DNA of 64,000 nt, from NCBI GenBank assembly GCA_902600225.1, contig CACKIH010000003.1, positions 32,709 to 96,708 on the forward strand, read 5' to 3'. Made by a program: the position numbers and the translations under genes. This document shows positions 1 to 11,300 of this stretch, one piece after another. This DNA is from an uncultured Alphaproteobacteria bacterium (lineage in GTDB: Bacteria > Pseudomonadota > Alphaproteobacteria > HIMB59 > GCA-002718135). The stretch's first letter is position 1. Each line of letters opens with the position of its first letter. The notes below the pieces were generated by a model. That model was not told the origin of the DNA. It worked only from the letters and a program-made list of their open reading frames with translations, and did not search any database.

Positions 1-832
1 CTTCAACAATTTCAATTTTTCTATTGTTTGATTTAACAATCTTAATTTTGAGCTCATCATTAAAATCAATTATTTCATTATTTTTTGGTATCCTATTTAT
101 TTTTTCGTATACTAAACCTCCTACAGAAGAAGTTTCATCATCTGCATTTCTGGGAATGTTTATGGCGAAAAATTCCTCTAAATCCTCTACCCTATAACTA
201 GCATCTACAGTAATTGAGTTATCAGATTTTTGATAAACTAATTCCTTGTCATCTTCAGCATCATGTTCATCTTCAATCTCACCAACAATTTCTTCAACTA
301 AGTCTTCTATAGTTACCAATCCGTCTACACCTCCAACACCATCTACTACGAGCCCTATATGAATTCTTGATGATCTCATGGTTTTCAGTAAATCTAAGAT
401 CGGAGATTTTGGAGCAACATATAATACATCTCTTATTATTTCACTCATCTGAAATGTATCCTGTGATGATTTAATAAAATCTTTTATATGAAAAAAGCCA
501 ATTACATTATCAATATTTTTTTTGAACACTGGAATTCTAGAATGTCCTTCTTCCTTAATAACTTCTAAAATTTCATTGTAAGATTTATCATGTTCTAAGG
601 CTACTATTTCACTCCTAGGTATCATTAAATCTTCAACACTTTTTTCATTCAAATTTACGATGTTTTTAATTAGATTTTTTTCGTTATTATCATTTAGATT
701 TTCGATATCTTTATTATCTTCGTCATTGGCAATAAAATTTAAGATATCTTCTTTTGTTGAATCATTAGATAATAATTTTTTAATTATCCAATTTTTCCAA
801 CTTGATGTTTTATCAGCGTTATTCGTGTTCAT
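1..832 (-). CDS. corC: HlyC/CorC (TlyC)-family CBS-domain protein; C-terminal end lies beyond the window edge
   Basis: Not in the ORF track because it is open at the window edge. My minus-strand translation from the ATG at 832 reads MNTNNADKTSSWKNW...NEKSVEDLMIPRSEIV... and stays open to position 1. ATGA overlap with the ybeY stop. Conserved phoH-ybeY-corC order. Confidence 0.8.
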   Translation of the reverse strand, partial: MNTNNADKTSSWKNWIIKKLLSNDSTKEDILNFIANDEDNKDIENLNDNNEKNLIKNIVNLNEKSVEDLMIPRSEIVALEHDKSYNEILEVIKEEGHSRIPVFKKNIDNVIGFFHIKDFIKSSQDTFQMSEIIRDVLYVAPKSPILDLLKTMRSSRIHIGLVVDGVGGVDGLVTIEDLVEEIVGEIEDEHDAEDDKELVYQKSDNSITVDASYRVEDLEEFFAINIPRNADDETSSVGGLVYEKINRIPKNNEIIDFNDELKIKIVKSNNRKIEIVE

Positions 833-1311
833 TGCATTTTATAAGGATTATTAATTCCAAATGATCCTAAAATTTTTATCTCCTCTTGTTTCATTTTTTT
901 AAAATCTAAATTTTTTTTATGATCATATCCGTTAATGTGCAATAAACTATGGATTAGTAAATGATTAAAATGATCATATATGCTAACTTTATTTCTTTGT
1001 ATAAATTTTTCAATAGTATCAATAGAGAAAAAAATATCACAATATAAAATTTTTCCAACATTTTTATTTGAAATCTTAGAAATAAAAGTAAGCACATCTG
1101 TGTCTGATTGACTATTTTTATAGATTTTATTAAGTTTTATCATTTTTGATTTATCTGTTAAAATAATATTTAGTTCAAATCTAAGATCTCTTTTAAAATA
1201 AGAGCTCATTTTATTTATAGTCTTTTTTGTAATAGTCTTAATTTTAGGTATTCGCCTTGGCCATTTTTTTGATTCTGAGAAAAAATCAACTTTTATGTTT
1301 TTCATATGCAT
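829..1311 (-). CDS. ybeY: rRNA maturation endoribonuclease YbeY
   Basis: HSLLHINGYDH matches the H-x3-H-x5-H zinc motif. 160 aa. Lies between phoH and corC. Confidence 0.9.
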   Translation of the reverse strand: MHMKNIKVDFFSESKKWPRRIPKIKTITKKTINKMSSYFKRDLRFELNIILTDKSKMIKLNKIYKNSQSDTDVLTFISKISNKNVGKILYCDIFFSIDTIEKFIQRNKVSIYDHFNHLLIHSLLHINGYDHKKNLDFKKMKQEEIKILGSFGINNPYKMQ

Positions 1312-2245
1312 TAATAATTTTTTTTACTAAATCATGTCGTACAACATCTTTTTCTGATAATGCAATAAAACCTATATCATCAACTTTGTTTAATTTTTTT
1401 AATGCATCTTTAAGTCCTGAATCTTTTTCACTTACAAGATCGATCTGTGTAATATCTCCCACAACTACCATTTGACTATTTTTGCCTAGTCTTGTTAGAA
1501 ACATTTTCATTTGTGTTTTTGTTGTATTTTGAGCTTCATCTAAAATTATAAAACAATCTTCAAGTGTTCTTCCTCTCATGAATGCAATAGGTGCTATTTC
1601 AATTGTGTTATTAAGTAATTTTTTTTCTACCTGCTCATAAGGGAGCATGGAATATAATGCATCATAAATAGGTCTCAAAAAAGGATCAACTTTTTCTTTT
1701 AAATCCCCTGGTAGAAAACCTAACTTTTCTCCAGCTTCAACAGCTGGTCTTGATAAAATAATTTTATTTACCTTTCCATCTTGAAGTGCTGAAACTGCTT
1801 TCGCAACTGCCAGATAAGTTTTTCCAGTTCCAGCTGGACCAATAGCAAATGTAATATTTTTTGTGTTAAGTAGTTGAAGATATTTATTTTGTATTTCAGT
1901 TCTAGGTATAATTTTTCTTTTTTTAGTTTGAATAAATAGATCCATCTGTTTGTCTGTTTTAATATTCATGGATATTAAGCTTTTATTATCTCTTATTCTA
2001 TCCTCATCTATTTCAGTGCCATTTTGTGCTTCTTTAAATAAATTTAGAATAGTTTTTTTAGTTTCAAAAATTGATTTTTTATTACCTGAAATTTTAATTT
2101 TATTTCCACGATATTGAATTTTGACTTGATTAATCTGCTCTATAAGAGATAAATTTCTATCATTAATTCCAAATAAGTTACTTAAAATCGTATTATCATC
2201 TAATTCCAATTCTAAATTCTCTTTTTTATTTACTATATCTGACAT
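1286..2245 (-). CDS. phoH: PhoH-like ATPase (YbeZ)
   Basis: Walker A GPAGTGKT. 319 aa. Canonical position between miaB and ybeY. Confidence 0.9.
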   Translation of the reverse strand: MSDIVNKKENLELELDDNTILSNLFGINDRNLSLIEQINQVKIQYRGNKIKISGNKKSIFETKKTILNLFKEAQNGTEIDEDRIRDNKSLISMNIKTDKQMDLFIQTKKRKIIPRTEIQNKYLQLLNTKNITFAIGPAGTGKTYLAVAKAVSALQDGKVNKIILSRPAVEAGEKLGFLPGDLKEKVDPFLRPIYDALYSMLPYEQVEKKLLNNTIEIAPIAFMRGRTLEDCFIILDEAQNTTKTQMKMFLTRLGKNSQMVVVGDITQIDLVSEKDSGLKDALKKLNKVDDIGFIALSEKDVVRHDLVKKIINAYEKHKS

Positions 2246-3534
2246 TCAAGAGCAAAATTAGTTGAGTTTATAATCTTAACATTCATAATTTGATTTAGTA
2301 AATCTTTTTTGGAATTAACAAATGTACTTTGATTATAAATTGTACGGCCTATAAATTGATCTTTGTGTCTTCCATTTTTTTCAAATAATACTTCCATACC
2401 TTTATTAACGAATGACTTATTAAAACTTATTTGTTGTTGTGTAAGTAAAGATTGCAATGCACTTAAACGTGCTTTTTTATCTAATATATTAATATTATCT
2501 TTATTTTGGGCAGGTGTCCCTGGTCTAGGACTATAAATAAATGAATATGCAATAACAAAATTAACTTTTTCAATAAATTTCATTGTATCTTCAAAATCTT
2601 TGTCTGTTTCTTCTGGAAAGCCAACAATGAAATCTGATGAAAGAGCAATATCTGGACGGACATTTCTTATTTTTTCTACAATTTTTAAATAATCATCAAC
2701 TGTATGTTTTCTGTTCATTTTTTTTAAAATTTTATCTGAACCAGATTGAATAGGTAAATGAAGGAATGGCATTAGTTTTGAATTGTTGGCATGAGCATTG
2801 ATTAGAGAATCTTTCATATCAATAGGATGCGATGTCATATATCTAATCCTCTTAATTTCTTCGATTTCACCAATTTTATTTATCAAATAAGCTAGATCTT
2901 TTGATTTCCCATCATTAGCTATTCCGTGATAAGCATTAACATTTTGTCCTAGTAAAATTATTTCTTTAATCCCGTTTGAAGCATATTTCTTTGTCTCTTC
3001 TATAATATCATCAACTGGTCTGGAGAATTCTGGCCCTCTTGTGTATGGAACAACGCAGAAAGAACAAAATTTATCGCATCCTTCTTGAATAGATAAAAAT
3101 TCAGATGATAAATTAGAAGAATTGAAAATTAAGTTTTTAAATTTTTCATTTTGTAAAAATTCACTATTTTCTACTTCATCTACTTTATCAATCATATCAG
3201 GTAATTTATGATAAGATTGAGGTCCTACAACATAATCAACAGTTGGAGATCTTTTTTTAATTTCAAGACCTTCTGCTTGAGCTACACAACCGGCAACTAC
3301 TAATTTCATATTTTGTTTTTTGTCTTTGATTTTTTTTACTCTGCCAATATCAGAGTAGACTTTCTCAACTGCCTTTTCTCTAATATGACAAGTGTTCAAA
3401 ACAGTTAAATCTGACTTTGAAATATCGTCAGTTACTTTATACCCTTTATTTAAAAATAAATCTTTAATACGATTACTATCATATACATTCATCTGACAAC
3501 CATAGGATTTTATATAAATGTACTTATCACTCAT
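2233..3534 (-). CDS. miaB: tRNA-i6A37 methylthiotransferase MiaB
   Basis: Radical-SAM CDKFCSFC motif and N-terminal MTTase-type YGCQMN start. 433 aa. Confidence 0.9.
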   Translation of the reverse strand: MSDKYIYIKSYGCQMNVYDSNRIKDLFLNKGYKVTDDISKSDLTVLNTCHIREKAVEKVYSDIGRVKKIKDKKQNMKLVVAGCVAQAEGLEIKKRSPTVDYVVGPQSYHKLPDMIDKVDEVENSEFLQNEKFKNLIFNSSNLSSEFLSIQEGCDKFCSFCVVPYTRGPEFSRPVDDIIEETKKYASNGIKEIILLGQNVNAYHGIANDGKSKDLAYLINKIGEIEEIKRIRYMTSHPIDMKDSLINAHANNSKLMPFLHLPIQSGSDKILKKMNRKHTVDDYLKIVEKIRNVRPDIALSSDFIVGFPEETDKDFEDTMKFIEKVNFVIAYSFIYSPRPGTPAQNKDNINILDKKARLSALQSLLTQQQISFNKSFVNKGMEVLFEKNGRHKDQFIGRTIYNQSTFVNSKKDLLNQIMNVKIINSTNFALECQI

Positions 3535-4006
3535 AATTTATTTTTTTTATAAAGCATTTAGCATGAATATTTTTATCATTATATCTATAATAATTATGTC
3601 TAAAATTTAAAAAAACAAAGTTGTTTTTTTTATAAAAACTTATGGCATCTAAATTATCTTCAGCAACTTCAATGAAAATCTTTGAAAATTTAATTATATT
3701 TGTTTCAACATAATTTAATAATTTTGTTGCAATTTGTTTTCTTCTTTGGTCTTTTGATACAAATAAAATGTATAATTCTAAGTCATAATCTTTATTATTT
3801 TTAATTACATCACCAATTAAAAGTCCTACTAAGTTATTAGCTTTAAAATATCCAATAGAGTAATTATTGTCTTTGTTAAATTGACTTTCAATATTTTTTA
3901 GATTCCATCCTATCTTTTTAAAATAACTATATTCATCACTATTATCATCCATGAACTTAATGATTGAAGATAGCTTCTCTTTATTTATTACACTAATAAT
4001 GTTCAA
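3527..4006 (-). CDS. rimI: GNAT acetyltransferase, RimI-like
   Basis: 159-aa GNAT-sized protein. Its start overlaps the tsaB stop by 4 nt. The tsaB-rimI pairing is common. Confidence 0.65.
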   Translation of the reverse strand: MNIISVINKEKLSSIIKFMDDNSDEYSYFKKIGWNLKNIESQFNKDNNYSIGYFKANNLVGLLIGDVIKNNKDYDLELYILFVSKDQRRKQIATKLLNYVETNIIKFSKIFIEVAEDNLDAISFYKKNNFVFLNFRHNYYRYNDKNIHAKCFIKKINYE

Positions 4007-4614
4007 TTTAGTAGTTGATTATTTGATATATAAATTGGATTAATGAAAATATTTTTTTTAAAGGTTAAATTATTGTAATTTTTGTAAAATTCTTCAAAAA
4101 AAGAAAATTGAATTTGTTCTAATTTATTATTTTTATTAATTTCAGTCTTATTAAATAGAATAAACTCAATATGTTTTGGAATTGAACATTTATTATTTTC
4201 TATTTTATTATATTCCATTACGTTATTTTTATTTTTATAACATAAAAATTCCTGATTGTTCGATGATGTTATAAAAACTCCTATATTGTTTTTAGATGAA
4301 TTTTTTGAATTAAAATTTAAAATGTCCTCAATTGATAGTGGATAGTAAGGTATTTTACGAGATATCATTAAGCCTGATATAAATGCTGAACCAACTCTTA
4401 AACTTGTATACGATCCAGGGCCAATTGTAGTAGAAATTTTTTTAAGATTTTGAGTTAAATTTAAACGTTTATCTATTTCTATATATGATTGTATTATATT
4501 ATCACTCAACCTATCAGATTCATTTTGAATAATTTTCTCTTTTAATATTACTTTGTTGTCATCAATTACACAAAACTCTGGTATTGGTGATATAACATCT
4601 AAAAATAATAACAT
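4003..4614 (-). CDS. tsaB: tRNA t6A biosynthesis protein TsaB (YeaZ-like)
   Basis: GPGSYTSLRVG motif typical of TsaB/YeaZ. 203 aa. Confidence 0.7.
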   Translation of the reverse strand: MLLFLDVISPIPEFCVIDDNKVILKEKIIQNESDRLSDNIIQSYIEIDKRLNLTQNLKKISTTIGPGSYTSLRVGSAFISGLMISRKIPYYPLSIEDILNFNSKNSSKNNIGVFITSSNNQEFLCYKNKNNVMEYNKIENNKCSIPKHIEFILFNKTEINKNNKLEQIQFSFFEEFYKNYNNLTFKKNIFINPIYISNNQLLN

Positions 4615-5643
4615 ATGAAATTACATAACTACATTCTATTACTATTTTTAAAAAGTATTTCTTTATCTTTTTTATTAGTAACTGGAACTTTTGCAAATGA
4701 AGTAAAAAATTCAGCTACTGTATTTATGTATCATAAATTTGGAGTTTCAAAATATCCTTCAACAAGTGTTACAATTGATCAACTTAACAGTCACATTGAA
4801 GAACTTACTAAAGAAAAATATACAATTAAATCATTAGATTTTATCATTGATACGATTCTTAATGACGGAGATCTTCCAGAAAATACTATTGGTATAAGCG
4901 TGGATGATGCTGATAAGTCTTTTCTAGAAGTTGGATGGCCTTTATTTAAAAAAAATAATATTCCCGTAACCTTATTTGTAACAACAGGAACAATTTCAAA
5001 TAATGAAAAATATATTAATTGGGATCAAATAAGAAAACTTAAAGAAGAAGGTGTAATTATTGGTGCACACTCGCATACACATGCTCACATGCCAGATATT
5101 AGTATTGAAGAAGTAAGAAATGAAATAGAAACATCTAATAAAATTTTTCTAGAGGAACTCGGTGAAATACCAACTTTATTTGCGTTTCCTTATGGTGAGA
5201 CAACAGATGAAATAATTGAATTAGTCAAAGAATTTAAATTTAAAGTTGCGTTTGGTCAGCATTCCGGAATAATTAATGAAACTTCTAATATGTATTATCT
5301 ACCAAGATTTTCATTAAATGAAAGATATGGTGAAATAGATAGAGTAAAATTTGCTGCTTCATCAAAAGGATTGGGGGTTTATGATTTTATACCTCAAAAT
5401 CCAACTATTAAACAAAACCCACCATTCATAGGTTTCTCTCTTCTAGATGATAAAAAAGTTAAATCTCTAGATTGTTTTATATTTGATAGCAAAGGTCAGG
5501 TTGATAGAGAAATTTATAAATTTAACGAAAGAATTGAAATTAGACTTTCAAGAGAATTGTCCCCTGGAAGATCTAGAATGAATTGTACTGTTAAAGATGG
5601 TGAAGGAAATTGGAGATGGTTTGGTCACCAATTTTATTTTTAA
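4615..5643 (+). CDS. Secreted polysaccharide deacetylase (NodB-homology) family protein
   Basis: N-terminal signal peptide. NodB-type motifs SVDDADKS and GAHSHTHAHM. Confidence 0.7.
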   Translation: MKLHNYILLLFLKSISLSFLLVTGTFANEVKNSATVFMYHKFGVSKYPSTSVTIDQLNSHIEELTKEKYTIKSLDFIIDTILNDGDLPENTIGISVDDADKSFLEVGWPLFKKNNIPVTLFVTTGTISNNEKYINWDQIRKLKEEGVIIGAHSHTHAHMPDISIEEVRNEIETSNKIFLEELGEIPTLFAFPYGETTDEIIELVKEFKFKVAFGQHSGIINETSNMYYLPRFSLNERYGEIDRVKFAASSKGLGVYDFIPQNPTIKQNPPFIGFSLLDDKKVKSLDCFIFDSKGQVDREIYKFNERIEIRLSRELSPGRSRMNCTVKDGEGNWRWFGHQFYF

Positions 5644-6627
5644 CTAATAAGTGATAGTTTTTTGGTCAAAGACACTAAAGTTATTTGTTTTAATAACTTG
5701 TCTTATTGTTTTAATATAATTTTCATCTTCTGCATAAGTACTTAGTTTATTAACAAGTAAGTTAACGTTTGAAAAATTATTTCGTTCTCTCATTATATTT
5801 CGGATATCACGAAAATCTTCATAGGCATTATGAGAATTAATGTTATCGAAATACGATTCAACACTGTTACTATATGAACTGAATGCTTTAATTAGATGTG
5901 TTTCACCATTTTCTCTTTCAAGTGGGATAACACCTTTAGAATTATCATATGTATACTCACCAAAAAGTGCATTATATTCTTTTGCAAATCTAGACTTACC
6001 CCAACCACTTTCGATTGCTGCTTGGGCTAATGCTATTGAATTTGGTATTATATCAACATTTGACAATATCTCATCAACCAGGTCTAATTTATGTTTGTTA
6101 TGATGTTTAATGTTATATTTTTTAGCAATTTCATTAAGTTTTTTTATTTCTTTATTGTTTAGAGTTCTAAAGGTTTCTAACTTACCCTTAAGTTCGCTAA
6201 CGAAGCTTCTAATCATCAAAATATTTTGATTTTCATTAATAATTATCGGTAAAACCGTTTTTACAAATTCTTTTTTATTTGAGTCAAGGTAATCAAAATC
6301 TTTATCTGATAATGTTACCTGCATACTAGGATTAATTTGCTCTTCAATCTTTGATGTGATTATAGGATTAATAGGCTTTATTCTTACTTTAACAATTAAT
6401 TTTTCATTCACTATTTCTGTAATAGGAGGGCCTTTAAGTGTAATTTCTTTTTCGGATGGTGTAATTTCTTTTTCAGAATATAATTTATTTATTTGATTTG
6501 CAGTTTGAATGGTTTTCTTAGCATCAACTGCATTAAACTCTACATAACCAACAAAACCATTGCTTATAAAAATTAATCCAAGAAGTAATAAAGGAAAGCA
6601 AAAAAAATTATACAGTCTATCCATCAA
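5644..6627 (-). CDS. Bax/FlgJ-like glucosaminidase-domain protein
   Basis: N-terminal TM segment. C-terminal AQAAIESGWGKSRFAKEYNALFG is a mannosyl-glycoprotein endo-beta-N-acetylglucosaminidase-type motif. Confidence 0.7.
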   Translation of the reverse strand: MMDRLYNFFCFPLLLLGLIFISNGFVGYVEFNAVDAKKTIQTANQINKLYSEKEITPSEKEITLKGPPITEIVNEKLIVKVRIKPINPIITSKIEEQINPSMQVTLSDKDFDYLDSNKKEFVKTVLPIIINENQNILMIRSFVSELKGKLETFRTLNNKEIKKLNEIAKKYNIKHHNKHKLDLVDEILSNVDIIPNSIALAQAAIESGWGKSRFAKEYNALFGEYTYDNSKGVIPLERENGETHLIKAFSSYSNSVESYFDNINSHNAYEDFRDIRNIMRERNNFSNVNLLVNKLSTYAEDENYIKTIRQVIKTNNFSVFDQKTITY

Positions 6628-7186
6628 TAGGCCTTACTTCTTGTACCTCTGGAACATAGTGTTTTAACATATTTTCAATACCCATTTTTAATGTAGCAGT
6701 TGAACTTGGACAGCCAGAACAAGCACCTTGCATGTGAAGATATACAACACCATCTTTAAAACTATCATAGATAATATCACCACCATCCATAGCAACAGCT
6801 GGTCTTACTCGTGTATCCAGTAATTCTTTAATTTGTTTTACAATATCGGTATCGTTTTCATCAATCTCTAAAGATTTATCATGACCTTTTTTACTATTAT
6901 TAATTGTTGTATCGCCAGAGTTATAATGATCCATTATTGAACCTAAGATCAATGGTTTCATAACTTGCCAATCTAAAGATTGATTTTTAGTAATAGTAAT
7001 AAAATCACTTCCAAAAAAAACTCCTTCAACTCCCTCGACATCAAATAAACGTTTTGCAAATGGTGAGTCAGCTGCTTCACCAATATTTTGGAAAAAGGCC
7101 GTTCCATCATCCATGACAACCTTACCAGGTAGAAATTTTAATGTTTGTGGATTTGGAGTTTGTTCAGTTTGTATAAACATATGCAT
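6617..7186 (-). CDS. NifU/Nfu-type Fe-S cluster carrier protein
   Basis: Nfu_N-type start MFIQTEQTPNP and C-terminal GACSGCPSS. The true start is probably Met3 at 7180. Confidence 0.8.
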   Translation of the reverse strand: MHMFIQTEQTPNPQTLKFLPGKVVMDDGTAFFQNIGEAADSPFAKRLFDVEGVEGVFFGSDFITITKNQSLDWQVMKPLILGSIMDHYNSGDTTINNSKKGHDKSLEIDENDTDIVKQIKELLDTRVRPAVAMDGGDIIYDSFKDGVVYLHMQGACSGCPSSTATLKMGIENMLKHYVPEVQEVRPIDG

Positions 7187-7253
7187 TATATATAGTTATT
7201 AATATGTCTTTAGTATGAATTTTCTAAAAAAAAATTTAAAATTTGGGGAATTT

Positions 7254-8261
7254 TTAGGATAAAAAACCAATAATTTCTTTAGTTTTTTGCAAAACAGGTT
7301 CTGCTACTGCTATAGCGTTCTTTTTGCCCTGATTTAAAATAGAATCGATATAAGAAACATCACTCATAAGTTTATTCATCTCACTCGTAATTGGCTCTAA
7401 TTTAGATACGGATAAATCTGCCAAATCTTTTTTAAAGATGGAGAATTCTTTTCCAGCATAATCTTTAATAACACTTTCAATAGATGTGTCTTGCAAAGAA
7501 GCAAATATCGATATTAAATTTTCTGCCTCAGGTCTTTTTTCTAAACCAATTTTATCTTGTGGTAATGGTTCAGGATCTGTTTTGGCTTTTTTAATTTTTT
7601 GTGTAATATTTTCTGCTGTATCGGTTAACATTATTCTCGAATAATCAGATGGATCTGATTTACTCATTTTTTTTGACCCATCACGTAGACTCATCACTCT
7701 TGTAGCCTCACCTAAAATTAATGGTTCAGGAATAGGAAAAAAGTCTATCTTAAAATCATTATTAAATTTTTGTGCGATATCTCTTGTTAATTCAAGGTGC
7801 TGTTTTTGATCATCACCAACTGGTACATGAGTGGCTAAATAAATTAATATATCTGCGGCCATTAACGTTGGATAAGAAAATAAACCTACAGAAACATTTT
7901 CACTATTTTTACCAGCCTTATCTTTAAATTGGGTCATCCGGTTTAACCATCCCATTCGAGCAACACAATTGAATAACCATCCAAGCTGTGCATGTTGAGG
8001 TACTTGTGATTGAACAAAAATATTATTTTGGTTTGGATCAATCCCTGATGCAATAAAGGCAGCTGTTACTTCTCTTGTTTTATTAGCTAAAACTTTTGGA
8101 TCTTGCCAAACAGTAATGGCATGTAAATCAACAACACAAAAAAAACATTCGTATTCTTTTTGAAGAGTAACAAAATTTTTGATGGCACCAAGATAATTTC
8201 CTAAATGCAAATCACCGGATGGTTGGACGCCGGATAAAATTCTTTTTGTTGGTTTTTCCAT
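7254..8261 (-). CDS. trpS: Tryptophan--tRNA ligase
   Basis: Class I aaRS signatures ([11 protein letters not shown] region, KMSKS). 335 aa. Confidence 0.9.
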   Translation of the reverse strand: MEKPTKRILSGVQPSGDLHLGNYLGAIKNFVTLQKEYECFFCVVDLHAITVWQDPKVLANKTREVTAAFIASGIDPNQNNIFVQSQVPQHAQLGWLFNCVARMGWLNRMTQFKDKAGKNSENVSVGLFSYPTLMAADILIYLATHVPVGDDQKQHLELTRDIAQKFNNDFKIDFFPIPEPLILGEATRVMSLRDGSKKMSKSDPSDYSRIMLTDTAENITQKIKKAKTDPEPLPQDKIGLEKRPEAENLISIFASLQDTSIESVIKDYAGKEFSIFKKDLADLSVSKLEPITSEMNKLMSDVSYIDSILNQGKKNAIAVAEPVLQKTKEIIGFLS

Positions 8262-8262
8262 A

Positions 8263-9810
8263 TTATTTTTTTAAATATTCTTTTAACTGATTTACCGATA
8301 GGACTTTTAACACAATTACTAATCCAAAATAAATAATTATAGCTAAAAAGATCATCAGAAGTAAAAGTGATGAATTTAATAACACTGAATTTCCACTAAT
8401 ATTCGTAAAGAATAGTCCATTTAATACGTAGATTCCTACAAATAATAGAAATGAACTTAGTAAAATTTTGATAGAATTCCTTACTAATAGATCATCAAAT
8501 TTCATATGATTTCTAATAGCTAAAAAGAAATAGAGTAATAATGCATTTACCCATGCACTAATTGCTGTTGCAACAGCAATTCCCATTTCTCTCATTGATC
8601 CAATTAAAAGTAGCGATAAGACAACGTTAGTAATGACACTGACAATGGATATGTATAGTGGTGTTTTAGTATCTTCTCTTGCAAAGAAACAAGAAACTAA
8701 AACTTTAATTATAATGTAAGCAGGTAAACCTAAAGCAAAGTAACTTAATACTTTAGCAGTATAAAAAGTATCTTCTGCTACAAAGGCACCTCTTTCAAAT
8801 AAAATTTGGATAATGGGTTCAGCTAAAATAAATAATCCAATGGTTGATGGTAAAGAAATTAATAACGAAAATTCAATAGATCTATTTTGAATATTATTTG
8901 TTGTTTCTTGATCTGATTGTTTAATAGCTTTTGATAAACTTGGTAAAAGGACAATACCAAGTGCTATTCCAAATATCGCAAGTGGTAATTGGTTTAGACG
9001 ATCCGCGTAATAAATATGACTGATAGCACCAACGGGTAAAAAAGAAGCGATGATAGTTCCAATGACAATATTTAATTGAATAACACCTGAGCCAACAACA
9101 CCTGGTAAAAATAATTTGAAAAACTTTTTTAGTTTTTCATTTAAAACTGGAAGGATAATACGTGGTCGATAAAAATTTAAAACCGCTCTGTATAAATATA
9201 AAAATTGTAAAACTCCTCCTATTAATACACCATACGATAATGCGTGACCTGCAGTAGTTACAAAAGGTGTTAAAAAGAATAATGACAGAATAAAACTTAT
9301 ATTCAAAATCGCAGGAGCAAATGCACCAGCAGCGAAACGTTCATGAACGTTATTAATTGAAGCAAAGTGAGCAGCTAAAGAAATAAAAATAATATAGGGG
9401 AAAATTATTTTTCCAAAATGCACAGCCAGTTCATAGGCCTCTTTATTATCAGTGAATCCAGGTGCCAAAACTTGAATAATATAAGGCATTCCAAAGAAAA
9501 AAATGATTGTTAAAACTACCGTAGCAATTAGTAACATTGAGGTCGTGTTTTCAACAAAGTCAGAAGCCTCACGTTCATCTTTTGGATTAAGAACAACACC
9601 TGAGAAAACAGGGATTAATGCAGCGCTATATGCTCCTTCTGCTAGGACACGGCGAAAGAAATTAGGAATACGAAATGCTACGAAGAATGCGTCAGCAATT
9701 ACTGTCGATCCAAGATATCTTGCTATTAATATGTCTCGAATAAAACCTAATACTCGACTTAAAAATGTATAGAAGCTGACAGTAAAGAATGATCTAAAAA
9801 GACTCTTCAT
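8263..9810 (-). CDS. murJ: Lipid II flippase MurJ (MviN)
   Basis: 515-aa polytopic membrane protein with the MurJ-type N-terminus [18 protein letters not shown]. Confidence 0.85.
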   Translation of the reverse strand: MKSLFRSFFTVSFYTFLSRVLGFIRDILIARYLGSTVIADAFFVAFRIPNFFRRVLAEGAYSAALIPVFSGVVLNPKDEREASDFVENTTSMLLIATVVLTIIFFFGMPYIIQVLAPGFTDNKEAYELAVHFGKIIFPYIIFISLAAHFASINNVHERFAAGAFAPAILNISFILSLFFLTPFVTTAGHALSYGVLIGGVLQFLYLYRAVLNFYRPRIILPVLNEKLKKFFKLFLPGVVGSGVIQLNIVIGTIIASFLPVGAISHIYYADRLNQLPLAIFGIALGIVLLPSLSKAIKQSDQETTNNIQNRSIEFSLLISLPSTIGLFILAEPIIQILFERGAFVAEDTFYTAKVLSYFALGLPAYIIIKVLVSCFFAREDTKTPLYISIVSVITNVVLSLLLIGSMREMGIAVATAISAWVNALLLYFFLAIRNHMKFDDLLVRNSIKILLSSFLLFVGIYVLNGLFFTNISGNSVLLNSSLLLLMIFLAIIIYFGLVIVLKVLSVNQLKEYLKK

Positions 9811-9864
9811 ATGGTGGTTTTATAGTTTGGTAAGTGATTTGTATAAGTGAAATTTATGGCTTAA

Positions 9865-10548
9865 TTACGAGCCAAAACAATATCCTGCTGATCTCACGGT
9901 TCTTATAAAATCTTCTTTTACGTCATTATTAATGGCCTTTCGCAGTCTTCTTATATGAACATCAACTGTTCGAGGTTCTACATAGGCATCATTTTTCCAA
10001 ACATGATTTAGCAATTGTTCACGGCTAAAGACACGACCAATATTTTCCATGAAGAAAGCTAATAAATTAAATTCTGTTGGACCAAGATGAAGAGTTTCTC
10101 CATCTCGTGATGCCGAGTGAGATACAAGATCAATTACTATTCCTTTATAAGTTAAAACTTCATCTACAAACATTGGTCTAATTCGTCGAAGAACAGCTTT
10201 TACTCTTGCCACTAATTCGTTAACCGAAAAAGGTTTTGTTATGTAATCATCAGCTCCAGTTTCTAAGCCGCGAAGTTTATCTTCTTCTTCACCTTTTGCT
10301 GTTAACATTATGATAGGAATATTCTTATGTTCTTTATTTTTTCTAATTCTTCTACAAAGTTCAATTCCGGATAGTTTAGGTAACATCCAATCAAGAATAA
10401 TTATGTCAGGTGGTTTATATAATATTTTTTCTAAAGCAGTTTCACCGTCCGTTGCAGTATCTATTTTATATCCTTCTTTGTTAAAATTAAATTTAAGAAG
10501 ATCTAGTAATGCTTCTTCATCTTCGACGATAAGCATTTTTAATTTCAT
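9865..10548 (-). CDS. phoB: Phosphate regulon response regulator PhoB
   Basis: Receiver domain plus OmpR/PhoB winged-helix C-terminus. Terminal gene of the pstSCAB-phoU-phoB string. Confidence 0.9.
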   Translation of the reverse strand: MKLKMLIVEDEEALLDLLKFNFNKEGYKIDTATDGETALEKILYKPPDIIILDWMLPKLSGIELCRRIRKNKEHKNIPIIMLTAKGEEEDKLRGLETGADDYITKPFSVNELVARVKAVLRRIRPMFVDEVLTYKGIVIDLVSHSASRDGETLHLGPTEFNLLAFFMENIGRVFSREQLLNHVWKNDAYVEPRTVDVHIRRLRKAINNDVKEDFIRTVRSAGYCFGS

Positions 10549-10568
10549 GAATCTTTACTATTAAATTT

Positions 10569-10592
10569 TTGTTACAATTCTATTACAATTTA
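10569..10592 (-). promoter_or_regulatory. Pho-box-like tandem repeat upstream of phoB
   Basis: The coding strand reads TAAATTGTAATAGAATTGTAACAA. The hexamers TGTAAT and TGTAAC are spaced exactly 11 bp apart. The site overlaps the phoU stop codon. Confidence 0.55.
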
Positions 10593-11300
10593 TTTTTTCT
10601 TTGGAAGAATTGCTTCCCACGTTGGATCCGAACTACCATCAAATAGTGGTTCACCTGAAACTGCATAATAAATATCTTCGGCAATATTTTGAACATAATC
10701 ACCCATACGCTCTAAATTCTTGACCATATATAAAAGACTTGTACATGCTGTAATTCTTTTTGGTTCTTCCATCATATAGGTTAATAGTTGTCTTAATATT
10801 CCAAGATATTCTTCATCAATTTCTCTATCCATTAACCATACTTTTTTTGCGTCTTCATCTGAAAATTCTAAAAAAGCTTTTATAACTTCACTAATCATAA
10901 TATTAACTTTCTCGCCCATATTAATAATATCTCTCGAAGGTTTTTCTGGTAAAACTATTTCTGCTACTGCAACTCTTTTTGCAATATTTGTTGCATGATC
11001 TCCTATTCTTTCTAAATCTTTATTAATTTTAATTGCCGAAAAGATTGTTCGTAAATCTGAAGCCATAGGTTGTCTCTTTCCTAAGATTTCAATTAAACTT
11101 TGATCCAGGTCATTATACATTTTATCAATCACATTATCGTTTTCTATAATTTTTTCTGCAAACTCTGTATCTTTATTCTTTAAACACTGTAGTGAATCTT
11201 TAAGTTGTTTTTCAACTAAGCTGCCCATATCAACAATACTGTTTTTGATATCTTTTATTTCCTCATCATATGATTTTACAATATGTCCTTCTTGTTTCAT
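10590..11300 (-). CDS. phoU: Phosphate signalling complex protein PhoU
   Basis: 236 aa with two PhoU repeats (E/DxxxD-type RIGDHATNIA and RMGDYVQNIA). Lies downstream of pstB. Confidence 0.9.
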   Translation of the reverse strand: MKQEGHIVKSYDEEIKDIKNSIVDMGSLVEKQLKDSLQCLKNKDTEFAEKIIENDNVIDKMYNDLDQSLIEILGKRQPMASDLRTIFSAIKINKDLERIGDHATNIAKRVAVAEIVLPEKPSRDIINMGEKVNIMISEVIKAFLEFSDEDAKKVWLMDREIDEEYLGILRQLLTYMMEEPKRITACTSLLYMVKNLERMGDYVQNIAEDIYYAVSGEPLFDGSSDPTWEAILPKKK

